Assembly (NCBI RefSeq): GCF_036365525.1
Contig: NC_090405.1
Location: forward strand, 49,161,749 to 49,225,748
Length of the DNA stretch: 64,000 nt
Direction of reading: 5' to 3'
Source: Heterodontus francisci
Taxonomy: Eukaryota
Below are positions 36,310 to 50,322 of this stretch, one piece after another. The position numbers were made by a program, and so were the translations under genes. The first letter of the stretch is position 1. Each line of letters starts with the position of its first letter. Below the pieces are notes generated by a model. The model saw only the letters and a program-made list of their open reading frames with translations, ran no database searches and was not told where the DNA came from.

Positions 36310-37731
36310 ATAGTAAAAGGATTTAAAACATAGAAGCTAAGATCATTGAAGGGCAAGACCTGAAAAATTGACCACCTTTTCTGAATTTAATGATTAACAG
36401 CTATAGATGGGAACAAATTCTAATCACAGGCTAATCACAGAGGTTCTTTTAACTTTGTGATGCCTTAGATTGTGGCATGCAATGCATTTGTTTCATCTGT
36501 TTGGCTTGCATAGGGCAATCAATGGGGAATTAAAATATGTATTTTTGCATATGGCACAGTTGTTCAATGAGAAAACCCCCTATCTGATGTCATCTTTAAG
36601 ATTTTAGTAAATATCTGATTGGTTTTCACCAAAATAGAGAGAGATGTCACATTGCAACATAAAACATAATAAATAACCACACAGTGGATAGCGTACATTA
36701 GTGTGATGGTTGTAGTAAAAATCTCACCATGGCTGACTTCAACACTACTCTGAAAGCACCCAATCCCATTTGATCTTGGAAGCTAAGCAGAGTCAGGCTG
36801 GGTTAGAACTTGCCTGGGAGAGCTTTTGAGAATACCAGACGCAATAGGCCACTTTCGTGATCCATGGACACTACAGGCTATAGAGTGTCTCCTAGATGCT
36901 AATATATTTAATTGTTGAGATATTTTTTTCTGTTGCTTCATTAAGCAAGTTAGTTTAATTGGATATTTTTGAGTTTTTTTATTACATTGGAAGTGTCCTA
37001 GGGCACCTGTTGCAATGCTATTGTGTTTGTTTTTGGTGACACTAGGGCACCTCCATGTCACTCCTATTGGTTCAATGAAAAATGGCCCAGGAGAAAGTAA
37101 TAATGCAAGCTGCTGGATTGTTGTGTAAGCCGACTTCTTTCGCTAATACCCTTCAAGAAAGGGAACCTTTCTAAACAGTTTCGTTTACACGCAGTCTCCA
37201 TTGTGCACTATGTGGTTGCCATCTGAAGTGGTGTAGCAAGCCAAGGCAATTAGGAATGGACAATAAATGTGGCTTTGACAGCATTACCCACATTTCTAAA
37301 AAGAAATAAAACAGAAAATAGTCCATTTTAATGGGGCAATTCTGTTGTTTTTATGGTATACTAATCACCAATATTACAATGCTACTGAGCTGCCCAAAAT
37401 AACACGTTCTCTTATGGTAGTGAAACTAATCTAGAATTGCTACAATGGACCAGTTCTGGGTGCTTTCCAATTTCCAATCTGTGTCTAAACAGTTTCTGAG
37501 TTTTACTTTTCTAGACCATATACACAGGTTGGTACTGATAACCAACCTAATGTCAACCCCCCAGTCTGATGAAAGGTACATGTGTCTGGTATGAAGTACA
37601 GGTATACAAGTTATTTGCATACCACATGGGCTTTTGAGAGGACTTCATTCTTGCCTCCATTCCTAGATAGAGGATTAGTGAGAGTTTTGCCCACCATAAG
37701 CTATTTGTGTGATGTTCATTTTATTTCCCAG

Positions 37732-37837
37732 AAAGAATCTGGGGAGCTTGCTAAGCTGAGCCCCGAGGAGCAACAATCCCGGCTCAAATCCCTCATAAAG
37801 AAGATGGATGCAAATGCAGATGGATTTGTAACCAAAG
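37732..37837 (+). CDS. RCN2: RCN2 coding exon 2 (EF-hand 1)
   Basis: ttcccag|AAA...KESGELAKLSPEEQQSRLKSLIKKMDANADGFVTK G|gtgaga; 106 nt. Confidence 0.95.
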
Positions 37838-38035
37838 GTGAGAAACAGCTTGGTTACCAGTTCTACAATGGGCACTGAAATCAGTGTCATTGACTTAATG
37901 TTCTCTGCAGAAACAAGTTCATGTTTGAAGTAAGTATCTCACTGCAATTATTATTTAATTTCCATGTATATCACAGAAACCCTAGTTGAAGTGATTCGGT
38001 TAAAGCCTGGAATGGCTGCTGGTAAATTATTTTTT

Positions 38036-38414
38036 TTCGTTCATGGGATGTGGGCGTCGCTGGCTAGGCCAGCATTTAGTGCCCATCCCTATTTGGCCTT
38101 GAACTGAGTAGCCATTTCAGAGGGCAGTTTAAGAGTCAACCACATTGCTGTGGATCTGGAGTCACATGTAGGCCAGACCAGGTAAGGATGGTAGATTTTC
38201 TTCCTTAAAGGACATTCGTGAACCAGATGGGTTTTTACAACAATCGGCAATGGCTTCACGGTCACACTCGACTAGCTTTTTTAATTCCAGATTTATTAGT
38301 TGAATTCAAATTTCACCATCTGCCGTGGTGGGATTCGAACCCATGTCCCCAGAGCATTAGCCTGGGCCTCTGGGATACCAGTCCAGTGACATTACCGCTA
38401 CGCCACTGTCTCCC
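38036..38414 (-). mobile_element. Full-length tRNA-headed SINE made of the head/core and the tail of the 8470 LINE
   Basis: Minus strand reads gggagacagTGGCGTAGCGG...GGTTCGAATCC...core...ctcagtt|caaggccaaatagggatgggcactaaatgctggcc...cccacatcccatgaa. Confidence 0.9.
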
Positions 38415-38939
38415 TCGTTCACAAGATAGTCCACAGCACCAGGCACAACAGATAACTGACTGTGCATGCATGTTCTTGCATATACAGTGTTGTTTGAAAG
38501 CCACAGTTCACAACTGTACTTTCCATTTGGTGGACATTCTAATTTATAATTAAATCAAAAATGCATGAGCATTGTTTCATTATTCATATGTGACCTCATC
38601 ATATCTTGCCAGTCTTATATCCACATAGAATTAGAATCTAACATGTTGTAAATGTATATAAATAATAACTATATCAGGTACAACACTACCTTTATATAAC
38701 ATGCAAACCTAACTACATAACACACAAGTGGTCCCTCCAATATTGTGAAATGTTGAACAAATAAAAGAAATGATAAATGGATTCTTCTTCAGTGAGAGGC
38801 CTGCTGGGACATGGGGGCAGTGCATGCAAAGATACGTACAGTAGGTTGTTGTTTGTAGATTTAATTCATCTCAAACTCTTGACAACTCACTGGAAATAGG
38901 GAAACTGCAGCTTCTTTACAAGTCACTTGTTTGCTATAG

Positions 38940-39136
38940 GTGAGCTCAGTGGATGGATCCAGCAGTCATTCAAACATTATGCCACAGCGGAGAGCAAAGA
39001 GCAGTTTCCAGAGCATGACCTGGATGGCAATGGAGTTGTTACATGGGAAGAGTACAGCATTCATAGTTATGACCGAGTCCTGGATTATGATGAACATACA
39101 CTGCTGGCTGATGAAGAGGAGGAATCCCTTAGACAG
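38940..39136 (+). CDS. RCN2: RCN2 coding exon 3 (EF-hand 2)
   Basis: ctatag|GT GAG...ELSGWIQQSFKHYA...DLDGNGVVTWEE...EEESLRQ|gtaaga; 197 nt. Confidence 0.96.
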
Positions 39137-39417
39137 GTAAGAGAAGGAAGTTTATCCAATTCAGGTTTCATGCCCACAACAACCTTTTTTTAAAAAGTGG
39201 AACCAAATGTGTCTGTCTTTCCATAGATTTTCAGTAGCATACTCAATGTTTAGATTTCAGTATTCCAGCTTATTGAGACTTGATATTGAGTATGCATTTT
39301 TCCCTCATGCTGTTATTGCAGGATTATTCTGAAACTTTTTGTCAAGAGTCATCACAATCCCATACATTGTCTTTCTTTCGGGCCATTCTCAGCACTGATC
39401 CAACAAGTGCATTACCA

Positions 39418-39815
39418 TAGTTTTAGCTGGTAGAACACTTGCCTCTGGACTGAAAGATGGGGCTTAACCCACAATTCACAAACTTGATATAATCTAAGCT
39501 GCCACTCCATTGCAGTACTGAAGGAGGGCTGCTTTGCTCAATGTGATATATTCAGATAAGACACTAAATAGGAGAACCTGTTCAGATAAAATCTTATTTG
39601 AAGAACAGAAAGTTCTTTTGGGATGCTGGCCATCATTTCTCTCTCAACTAAAAACTGATTAACTTGTCATTTATCTCATTACTGTTTGTGCACCAGGCTG
39701 TGTTGAAAATGACTGCTGAGTTTGCTTACATGATAGACACTGAACTTCAAAGTTGAGAAACAATTTAAAATGTTTTTGGGAGACGCCATAAGGTGCGGCA
39801 AAAATGCGAAACTAT
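39418..39815 (+). mobile_element. Degenerate DeuSINE
   Basis: Similar to 29921-30303 (ctccattgcagtactgaaggag, ctggccatcatt, ctgtttgtg). Confidence 0.55.
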
Positions 39816-40145
39816 ATTGTGCACCATAATACAGAGAGTTGAATGTAGGGCTGTGCTGTGATTTCTCAGGGAGCTCCTGATTTTAAGTAAGTCATTCTGG
39901 GCAGTTGAATGTTGAAGGCCAAGTTATTTTCCATAAGGAAAAAAATCCAACAGGTCTAATGGTTCCACTAACATTATGGGTCTCAGGAGAGGGGATAGTG
40001 CTGAATTCCAGCTATGACAGCTTCCTACATTACATGGACTGTGAATGGAGGGTCAGAAACAAAGAACATCATCCCATTGCTACTGCTTTAATGGCTTTCC
40101 CATATCAATATGACTGAGAAGCCGAGAACAGTATATAAAGATATA

Positions 40146-40659
40146 GGGGTAGAGTTTTCACTAGGTTGCACAAGTTTTCCAGTGCAATGTGCCTGAATAT
40201 GACCAAATCAGTGGAAAAGATCAAGGAATTTCAAATGCAAGTTATGGCCAGCGCATATCGATTTCCCAAACCTTTTGTGGTTTGAAAACATTGCACGAGA
40301 AGCCAGTCCCATCCACAAAATTGGATGTGCCCCAGATCAAAGTTTCTGCTGTCATTTTCAGTTACTCAAAGGTAGTGGACAAAACATTCTTATTAAAAAT
40401 ACTCTTGTTTTTTGTGATAAACCGTTGTTAATAAAACTACTGCAGGTTATCATTCTTAAATTTATCAAGGAATTTTTTTAATGCAAGGGGTAAAAATAAA
40501 CAGTTGAGTTATAAAACTCTGCACTGGCTCATGGAAGGTTTTACATTTGTGATTACACAAATGAGTTTGAGCAGAAACTTGAACCATAACTTCACTTTGG
40601 AAAACTAGCGCGATTTGCGTCCCTTTTGCAGATTGCTCCCGATGCAGAAACTCTACACC
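40146..40659. mobile_element. MITE-like element
   Basis: Inverted ends ggggtagagtttt / gaaactctacacc, flanked by TA on both sides. Confidence 0.5.
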
Positions 40660-42207
40660 TAAAACTTTTAGGTGGTTTAGAAAACGTCATCCCTCAGAGA
40701 ACTATTTTGCATGCTGCACCCATATGGCTTCATGGATAGGAAATGTAATGCGATGTAATGTACATCACAGACAGTCCACGTTTGATATTTGTCTGGATTT
40801 CAAGAAACAAATCAATCAATCAGAAAATGAGGTTGAACTAAGAAGGGAAAAAGAGAGGAAAATAATAGAATTTCATTTCTTGTACAGTCTCAAGTGCTGT
40901 CCTGGCTGAGATCGGCTAACCCAACGTTGATCTGGAATTCAGCTTCAGATGTGTCTGGTCTGTATGACTCTCGCATACACTGCCTTTTCCAACTGAGCCA
41001 TTGGGGTTCTGAAATATAGGAAACATGATGTCATTAAGAGTGGCATGAAAGAAAGGTTTACATTCCGTGTGTCACAGTGTATTGGAGCATCAATGTGTTT
41101 GACTAGGAGTGGTAAGATGCAGGTTTGTGTCTGTGATTGATTCATAAGGATAGTTCCTGACCTTCAGTGTGCGCACTGAGGAGAATTACCAAGTGGGGGA
41201 TAGACACCATGGGGTCTCTTACATCCACCAAAGAGGGCAAATGGGGCTTCAGTTTAAAGTCTCATCCAAAAGATAGCACCTCCGCCAAGTGCAGCTTTCC
41301 CTCAGTATTGCACTGGATTGTCAGTTTGGATTATATACCAGTGGGATTTGAACTCACAGCCTTCAGAAGCGACAGTAATATCAATGAGCTGAGGCTGACA
41401 CAATGATAATCCTGAGTCTATGTGTCCTTGTTACTGATTAATCATAGTACAAACAAACTTTCACTGTTTTGCCTCTGATAGTCTTGAAAGTTTTCTCATT
41501 AACCTTTTATCTCACAATGAAAAAAAGCTGTAGTTTTTCTGCCCTTTTCTCATTATAATTTCTCATTCCTTATATCATCCTAATAGTTCTAATATCATTC
41601 CTATAAGGGGCATCTAGAATTCCATGCAGTACTCCCAACTGTGGCCGAACCAGTGTCGCATACAACTTCAACATTAGGTCATTGCTCTTATTTTCAATTC
41701 CTCTGTTCTTAAAGAAAACACAGCATCCCATTTGGTTTTTAGTTGCCTATTCTATCTGCATCGCACCTTTCAAGATCTGTGTATCTACACCTTTACCTTT
41801 ACATCTCCCTGTTCGTCATACCTAAGAATCTCATCATTTATAGTGTTATTCCTTTTTGTGTTGATTTTCACAAAATGTAAAAACTTAAAGATTTTGCTAC
41901 ATTGAACAGTGTATGCTGTCTCTGAAGTGGGACTTGAATCTACAGTCTTCTCGCTCGGAGACAAGATGCTATCACTGAGGTGCTGATGTCTAATTAAGGA
42001 TAAAAATAAATTTGAATAAACATTCCACAAGTTGATGGGGGAGGATAACCTCTTAGATTGGGTATGTTATAACCAGAAATCAGAATGACAAATGGATCAT
42101 TTACCCAGGTTGTCTGGTAACAGAGCAACATGTTGCTCAAGACTATTGAACCAAAGCTGATTCAGAGGAAAAAAAAGTATCTTAACTTTTTTGATTTCTA
42201 TCTGTAG

Positions 42208-42321
42208 ATTTTTTTGAAGGATAAAAAGCGCTTTGAAAAAGCAAACATTGATGGGGTACCTGGACTGACTCTGACAGAATTCATAGCATTTGAACACCCA
42301 GAAGAAGCTGATTATATGAAG
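42208..42321 (+). CDS. RCN2: RCN2 coding exon 4 (EF-hand 3)
   Basis: ctgtag|[38 protein letters not shown]|gtgagt; 114 nt. Confidence 0.96.
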
Positions 42322-42667
42322 GTGAGTTACAGTACACCGTTTCTTGTGTGGGTTATATTAAATAATAATTATGTGAATAGAGATTCTTATGAATAATACT
42401 GGTCTGTGGAACCTCTCAATTTGTGAATACTGTTGCTGCTTCATTTGAGCTATTCTTTATGCATTTCTCAAAGGTATAAGCCTAGGTAACTGAGGGGCCA
42501 AATCAACCAATTAAGAATCTTCTCCTTTGTCTTGTAGCTTATGCTGGAGCACAGTTTCAGGGACACTGGCAGCCCCCATGATTTTCAACTGCAGGTGGCA
42601 TCACAACTGAGATTGATCGTATGTTCACCTAATATCCATACAAATGCTGTTAACTTTCAAATTGCAG

Positions 42668-42764
42668 GAGTATGTCATACAGGATGCTTTAGATGAGCAT
42701 GATCGTGACAAAGATGGGTTAGTCAGCTTAGAGGAATTCCTTGGTGACTACAGGAAAGACCCAG
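42668..42764 (+). CDS. RCN2: RCN2 coding exon 5 (EF-hand 4)
   Basis: ttgcag|[33 protein letters not shown]|gttagt; 97 nt. Not present in the ORF track. Confidence 0.96.
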
Positions 42765-43171
42765 GTTAGTTAAATTGGTATTATAATTTTTCACTGAAAA
42801 TGTTTTTTTTGTGTTTAATACCTTCAATCATTTCTACACTTTCCTTACAAATATGTAATTTTTCTGAATAAATTAATACAATGCTATATAGATGATTTGA
42901 GGATTATCCAATCTTTCTTGTTTATTTTATTGCTATTACTATGATCATTGCTTCTCTGAACTTTTCTCTTGTTCTCCCCTCTCCCAGCCAAAATGGAAAT
43001 CGATCATTCAACACACATCTCCTCCTTTCTATCACTGAATTCCAATCAAGATTCCTCGCACTAAGTCATTGTTTCCAAAAGCCTCAAAACTGTGGAACTC
43101 CTTATCTTCCCCCTTAGTCTTTTCCTCCCTTGAATGATCTTTCGGCTTTTAAAACCCAGTTTTTTTTTTTA

Positions 43172-43380
43172 TTCTTTCATTGGATGTGAGCATCGCTGGC
43201 TATGCCAGCATTTGCTGTCCATCCCTAATTGCCCTTGAGAAGGTGGTGGTGAGCTGCCTTCTTGAACCGCTGCAGTCCATCTGGTGTAAGTACACCCACA
43301 GTGCTGTTAGGAAGGGAGTTCCAGGTTTTTAACCCAGCAACAGTGAAGGAATGGAGATACCTTTTCAAGGATGATGTGTG
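43172..43380 (-). mobile_element. 3' end of a LINE of the 8470 family
   Basis: Reverse complement of about 11500-11708. Confidence 0.85.
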
Positions 43381-44003
43381 ATTCGCTTAATTGCTATTTT
43401 ATAATTTCTCACTTTACTATTCCTTTTTGATATTGATAGTGTCCTGAACTCTGGTTCCTTTCACCTTAATTGAAATGCAAATTAGGGCAGTGTGTTATGA
43501 AGAACATAGGCTGGAACCTTTAGTTCCTTGAAATTATTAGTTCCCAATCACAGGCACGATGTTTTAGAAAAGCACTGTAAAGGCCGGTCTTTACCTCATA
43601 GGGAGAAAGAAAGGAAAATCAGATGGCGAATCCCTGTGCACTGTTGTCTATCACCCAGTTATGAGGCTTAAGCAAAAATTGGGACAATGGACCACACTCC
43701 ATTCCCCAGTGAGTAGGTACATAGGCATCTGGTTGGCTGTCCAAAACTGGAGCTGATTAGTATCATCAGAAGGGTATAATCAACTCTCCAGATTTCTTAA
43801 CATGTCTGATTATAGTACCAAGCCATGTATGCCAGGAAAACTTTGAGCATGAAATTAACCTTCTCAATTCCCCTTTCCCCCAAAAAACAAGATGTGAACA
43901 GTTCACAGTATGCAATCCTTAGACTCTGCAAGCACATGGCTGGTTAGGAGTTATCTAATGTGAGCATTTTGTAGCTAAGAATGTTTCCAACTCTTGCAAA
44001 TAG

Positions 44004-44146
44004 GTGCCGAAGAAGATCCAGAATGGGTAACTGTGGAGCGTGATCGCTTTGAAAATGATTATGATAAAGACAAGGATGGCAAACTTAATCAAGAGGAACT
44101 CTTGTTGTGGATTATTCCCAACAACCAGGACATTGCACATGATGAG
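44004..44146 (+). CDS. RCN2: RCN2 coding exon 6 (EF-hand 5)
   Basis: aatag|GT...[47 protein letters not shown]|gtaatg; 143 nt. Confidence 0.96.
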
Positions 44147-44499
44147 GTAATGCTGTGTTTAAATATTAAGCCTATGCCAATAGTAGGATTAGTCATTGAA
44201 AACCTGTTAAATTTTTACATGCTAGAAAAGCTTTTAAGTTTGTGCAATTTGTGCGTGTGTACTTACAGTACAGAATCTACCACTGTCACTAATTGTCACC
44301 ATTTCACAGGAGGTGTCACAGGATGGATGGTGTAGGTAATTAAAACATTATATGTAACACTGCTTTTCTGCAGTTGGGCTGAAACACATTGTTGGAAGAC
44401 TAGGGGGAGCCTTGCTCTGCATCTAATGCTGGCATACTTTACCTGGGAGTATGTGATCTGACACTGGATGCCTGAGATGAAAGTGTGTTCTGTTTCATA

Positions 44500-47480
44500 T
44501 GAACATACGAATTAGGAGCAGAAGTAGGCCATTTGGCCCCTCTAGCTTGCTTTGAAGGGTGACCCCTAATTTTAAAACAGTGCCCCCTAGTTCTGGACTT
44601 ACCCGCAAGAGGCAACATCCTTTCCACATCCACCTGGTCATGACCGTTCAGGATCTTATAAACTTCAGTCAAGTCACCCCCCACTCTTATAAACTCCAGT
44701 GAAAACAAGCCCAATCTGTGCAACCTTTCCTCATAAGACAACTCGCTCATTCCAGGTATCAGTCTAGTAAACCTCCTATGAACTGCCTCCGACACGTTTA
44801 CATCCTTCGTTAAATGAGGAGACCAAAACTGCACACAGTATTCGAGATGTGGTCCCACCAATGGCCTGTATAACTGAAGCATAACATCCTTACTTTTATT
44901 TTCAATTCCTGCCTTCTTTATGACTTGTTGTACCTGCATACTAACTTTTTGTGACTCATGCACTAGAACACCTAGATCCCTCTGCACCTTGGAATTCTGC
45001 AGTCATTCTAGGTTTAAGAAATACTCTTTTTTTTAATCTTCCTGCCAAAGTGAACAACTTCACATTTTGCCACATTATACTCAATCTGCCAGATTTTTGC
45101 CCACTCACTCAACCTATCTATATCGGTCTGCAACCTCCTTATGTCCTCATCACAACATACCTTCCTACCTATCTTTGTGTCATCTGCAAATTTAGCTACC
45201 AAGCCATCACTCCCTTCATCTAAGTCATTGATATAAATTGTAAAAAGTTGAGGCCCCAGCACAGACCCCTGAGGGACTCCGCTCGTCACATCCTGCCAAA
45301 CAGAAAAGGACCCATTTATGCATACTCTCTGTTTTCTGCCAGCCAGCCAATCTTCTATCCATGCTAATATGTTACCCCCTGCACCATGAGTTCCTACTTT
45401 GCGCAATAACCTTTTATGTGGCACCCTGTCAAATGCCTTCTGGAAATCCAAGTACAGTACGTCAATGGGCACCCCTTTATCCCCAGCGCATGTTACTCCT
45501 TCAGAGAACTCCAATAAATTGGTTAAACATGATTTCCCTTGCTCAAAACCATGCTGATTATTCCCGATTACCTTGAGTTTTTGTAAGTGCCCAGCTAGAG
45601 CCTCCTTAATGATCGATTCTAAACCCTTGCCCACGACAGACGTCAAGCTAAATGTCCTACAGTTACCTGTGTACTGCCTCCCCCACTTCTTGAATAGAGG
45701 GGTTTAATATGCTACTTTCCAGTCTGATGGAACCTTTCCAGAATCTAGCAAACTTTGAAAAATTAACAGCAACGCATTACTACCTCATTAACCACCTCTT
45801 TTAAGACCCTAGGATGAAGCCTATCAGGACTCGGGGACTTGTCAGCCTGCAGCTCCATCAGTTTCCTTATTATCTACCATTAACTCCCCATTCTCACTCT
45901 TTTCCTTTTTAAGTACCTGTTGAAACTCTTGCTATCTGTTTTTACATTTCTAGCTAGCTTCCTCTCATACTCTAATTTCTTTCTCCTGATTAACCTTTTA
46001 GTCATTCTCTGCCGTTCTTTATATTCTGACCAATCATCTGACCTGCCACTAATCTTTGCTCAATTATATGCTTTTTCCTTAAGTTTGATGCTTTCCTTAA
46101 CTTCTTTAGTTAACCACAGATGGTGGGTCCTCCCCGTAGTGTTCTTCTTTATCATAGGAATATACGTATCCAGAGTATTCTGAAATAACCCCTTAAACGT
46201 CTGTCACTGCTTCTCTATTGATCTATCTGCTAGCCTAGTAACCCAGTTCACTTCAGCTAGCTCAGCTTTCAAGTGCACATAGTTGCCCTTATTTACATTT
46301 AAAATACTAGTCTTAGACCCACTCTTCTCTCTTTCAAACTGGATGTAAAATTCAATCATATTGTGGTCGCTGCTACCTAGGGTGCCTTTAGTCTGAGGTC
46401 ATTAATTAATCCTGTCACATTACACAATACCAAGTCCAATATAACCTGCTCTCTGGTTAGTTCCAGAACGTGCTGCTCTAAGAAACTATCTTGAAAGCGT
46501 TCTATGAACTTCTCATCCAGGCTACTATTGCCAATCTGATCTTTCCAGTTTATATGTAGTTTAAAATCATGCATGATTATTGCTGTCCCTTTCTCACAAG
46601 CACCCAATACTACTTCTTGGATACTTAATCCTACATTATGGTTACTGTTAGGTGGGGGGGCTATAGACCACTCCCACTAGTGACATCTTTCCCCTACTAT
46701 TCCTCAACTCCACCCAAACCGATTCTACATCCTGATCTCCTGAACCAGGGTCATCTCCAACTATTGCACCAATGCTATCCTTGATTAACAGTGCTACCCC
46801 TCCACCTTTACCTAGCTTCCTATTCTTCTTGAATGTCATACACCCTTCAATATTCAGGACCCAATCCTTTTCATCCTGCAGCCACATCTTCGTAACGCCT
46901 ATCAGATCATATTTATTTACTTCACTGTGCGCTGTCAGTTCGTCTGCATTGTTATGCATTCTACATGTAATCAGATGCAGAGCCTTTAGTTTTGTCTTTT
47001 TGTTGTCTTTGTAACATCTTGTCTCGACTGTTGGTGTGTTCTTAGGTTTTTCTCTCTGTCCCTTCCTGCCATTCTCTGACCTTCATTTCCCATATTACCT
47101 TTCTACTCTCCTGCCTTGACTCTGCTGCTTGATTTGTTACATCTACCCAGGCTTGATCCTTCACCCCCTCCCCCCCCACTTGTTTAGTTTAAAGCCTTCT
47201 CTACTTCCCTAGTTATACGGTTTGCTAGAACACTGGTCCCAGCACAGTTCAGGGGCAGACCAGCCCAATGGTACAGCCTCCACTTTCCCCAGTACTGGTG
47301 CCAGTGCCCCACTAGCTGAAACCCACTTCTCCCACACCAGTCTTTGAGCCTTGTATTCATTTCACTAATCTTATGTGTCCACTGTCAATTGGTACGTGGC
47401 TCAGGTAATAATCCAGAGATTATTACCCTTGAGGTTCTGCTCTTCAATTTGGTGCCTAGCTCCTCATACTGTCAAAGCAG
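44500..47480 (-). mobile_element. CR1 LINE with ORF1 esterase remnant and a deleted, decayed ORF2, antisense in the last RCN2 intron
   Basis: 47180-47480 translates to an SGNH-like ORF1 end (KLKSRTSRVIISGLLP...WCGRSGF...HW). APE motifs (KGGGVAL, VESVWVEL, VVYSPP) and RT motifs (YLDFQKAFD, GVPQGSVLGP, FADD). Confidence 0.9.
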
Positions 47481-47854
47481 AATTTCATCAGTTCTGATGA
47501 AGGGTCACTGAGCCGAAACATTAACTCTGCTTCTCTCTCCACAGATGCTGCCAGACCTGCTGAGTATTTCCAGCATTTTTTGTTTTTATTATCACCAACT
47601 AACTGCCTACCTTGGAGTCAAGGGAAGACTCACCAGCTGCTGGAGGCTGCAAAAAATAGGAAAAGGAGCCCTTCTTTCCCCCTCTGCACCGAATTCCCAC
47701 ATGCACCAAATTTCCAGCTTCACTTTGGCAATGTCTCACTCAGGCAAATGTCTCCTCTCACTGCGTCCCCTCACTCAGATTAATATTCCTGACTTTGAGA
47801 GCATAAAATTTTAGAGGGTGAAAAGGTTTTATTCCCTAGAAGTTTCGCCAAAAA

Positions 47855-48520
47855 GTTAGTATGCAGGTACAGCAAGTGATTTGGAAGGCAAATGGAATGT
47901 TGTTGTTTATTGCAAGGGGAATGGAATATAAAAGTAGGGAAGTTTTGCTACAGTTGTACAGGGCTTTGGTGAGACCACAACTGGAGTACTGTGTACAGTT
48001 TTGGTCTCCTTACTTAAGAAAGGATCTAATTGCATTAGAAGCAGTCAAAGAAGGTTCACTTGACTGAATCCTGGGATGAATGAGTTATCTTTTGAGTAAA
48101 GGTTGGGCCTGTATCCATTGGCATTTAGTAGAATAAGAGGTGATCTTATTGAAATATATAAGATTCAGAGGGGATTTGACAGGGTGGATGCTGAAAGGAT
48201 GTTTTGCCTTATGGGAGAGACTAGAGCTAGGGGACACAGCTTAAAAATAAGGGGTCTCCCATTTCAGACGGAGATGAGAATTTTTTTCTCTCAGGGTGTT
48301 GTTAGTCTGTGGAATTCTTTTCCCCAAGAGAGCAGTGGAGGCAGGATAATTGAATATTTTTAAGGCTGAGTTAGTTAGATTCTTGACTGACAGGGGAGTC
48401 AGGGGTTTTAGCAGGTAGACAGGAAAGTAGAGTTGAGGCCAGAATCAGATCAGCCATGATCTTATCAATTGCAGAGCAGGCTTGAGGGGCCGAATAGCTT
48501 ACTCCGTCTAATTTGTATGT
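47855..48520 (+). mobile_element. CR1-group LINE 3' fragment
   Basis: LYRALVRPQLEYCVQFWSP, RGDLIE and WNS motifs, plus tail. Confidence 0.88.
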
Positions 48521-49247
48521 AAAAAGTTTTGCTTTAAATAACAATATCAGGAAAAGGTTTGTTTTGCAACTGATCCTCAGTTCAGAAACTTTTATGTATA
48601 TGAAAGAGTCCATTCAGAATTGAAGACATATTGTCAAGAATTAAGCTCATGTGAACTACTGTTTCAGATGCATCCCCTCTAGGGATGTGTGTTTTGTGAG
48701 ATTTTACCACCAATTTCTGGCAAAGCACGTCAGCGGTATGATCTTAGAGAAAAATAAAAATTGCAACATTTAAATTTGGAGGCCGGGAGAAATTAGGACA
48801 TATATTTCTCCTTTTTCAAGTTGTTTTCTCTAACTTTTCCCTGCAATAGTAGGGGCACACACACACTGACCGGAAGAGCAGGCAGGTGGTCTGTTACTGG
48901 GTTCTGGCCATGCTACTCACGTCTGGAGCATGTATTACTTATAATAAGCCATCGGATGGCAGTCTCATTCAGGGATGACAATAAGGATATATATAAGAAC
49001 TGGAAGTTGGGAAGGTCACAGTTTCTCAGCTGAGGTTGGAATTAAAGTTCACTGTTGGGCAGTGAGAGACGGAGCTTTGCCCTGCATCTGAGCCACGCTT
49101 AATGCTCTGGCCCTCTGAGCAGCCACAAGGAAGTACACAAGAGTCAAGTGAGGCATCTTCTGAAATTCATGCAGGTGTTTTGAGGCTCATTTAATTTTTG
49201 CTTATAGCCATCCGTGATTCACATTGAAAGCTTCTGTTCCCTGACAG

Positions 49248-49400
49248 GCTGATCATCTTGTCAAAGAAATGGATACAAATGGAGATGAAAAACTTACAGA
49301 AGCAGAAATACTTGTGAGTCAGGATCTCTTCCTCAACAGCGAAGCAACCGACTATGGTAGCCAACTACATGATGAGAAATTCTACCATGATGAACTTTAA
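49248..49400 (+). CDS. RCN2: RCN2 last coding exon (EF-hand 6, ER-retention HDEL, stop)
   Basis: ctgacag|[50 protein letters not shown]. The spliced CDS totals 960 nt (319 aa) with all phases compatible. Confidence 0.96.
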   Translation, partial: ADHLVKEMDTNGDEKLTEAEILVSQDLFLNSEATDYGSQLHDEKFYHDEL

Positions 49401-49740
49401 TACCAATAGTTCTCCAGTGTTGGATTTTGTTTCTAAAAACAACTAAACTTCTTATACCACTTTCGAGTGAATTCACTAGCCGGACAAGTGCTGCCCAATA
49501 ACTGGTATTAGTAGAAAAAAGTAAAATGACCAGTCCAGTAGATTTTAACAGTCGTATTACTGTTATAAAAACATCCAGTCCTAATATCCTACTTACCTTT
49601 ACTGAATGTCCATTCCTATCTGTCTTATGCTGTCATAAAGAGACTGAGAATTCCCTACGTTATTACATTCACTATTGCCTCTGAGAATTTTTGTGTAGAA
49701 TGCACAATATATTTGTACCACTTTTAAAAACCAACATAAT

Positions 49741-50080
49741 CATAGAAAATTATGGTATAGCAGGAGGCCATTCAGCCCATTGTGTCTGTACTGGATGAAA
49801 ATGAGCTATCTAGCTGTATCCCATTTCTCAGCTCTTGGTCCGGAGCCTTGTAGGTTACAGCACTAAAAATGCATTTCCAAGTATCTTTCGCATGTGATCA
49901 GGGCTTTTGCCTCTACCACCCTTTCAGGCAAAGAGTTCCAGATTCCCACCACCCTCTGGGTAAAAATAATTCTCCTCAATTCCCTCCTAATCTTTCTATG
50001 AATTACTTTAAATCTATGACCTCTCTGCTAAGGGAAATAGGTCCTTCCTAACCATTCTAGCTAGGCCCCACCTAATTTTA
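49741..50080 (-). mobile_element. CR1-group LINE 3' fragment
   Basis: Reverse tail (aggaggccattcagcccat) and caggcaaagagttccagatt (minus-strand WNSLP). Confidence 0.75.
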
Positions 50081-50316
50081 CACCAAGGTTTCGTTATTTT
50101 TATGAAATATTGATCAGTCATCCACGATCTTAAGACAATATAGTAAATTTTAGATATAAATTCTAAATAATGGACCTTCCCTCTGCTGATTATTTTTAAA
50201 TTTTAAAGCACAGTACCTGTAAAGTAGGAGAAATCAACCATGAGGGATGATTTCTTGTGCTCTTTATAACTTAATCTTGAATGCATTTTAATGCATGTAT
50301 TTACGATCCTGCAACA

Positions 50317-50322
50317 AATAAA
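50317..50322 (+). terminator. First canonical polyadenylation signal after the RCN2 stop (candidate)
   Basis: AATAAA at 50317; alternatives at 51192 and 51767. Usage cannot be determined from sequence alone. Confidence 0.4.
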
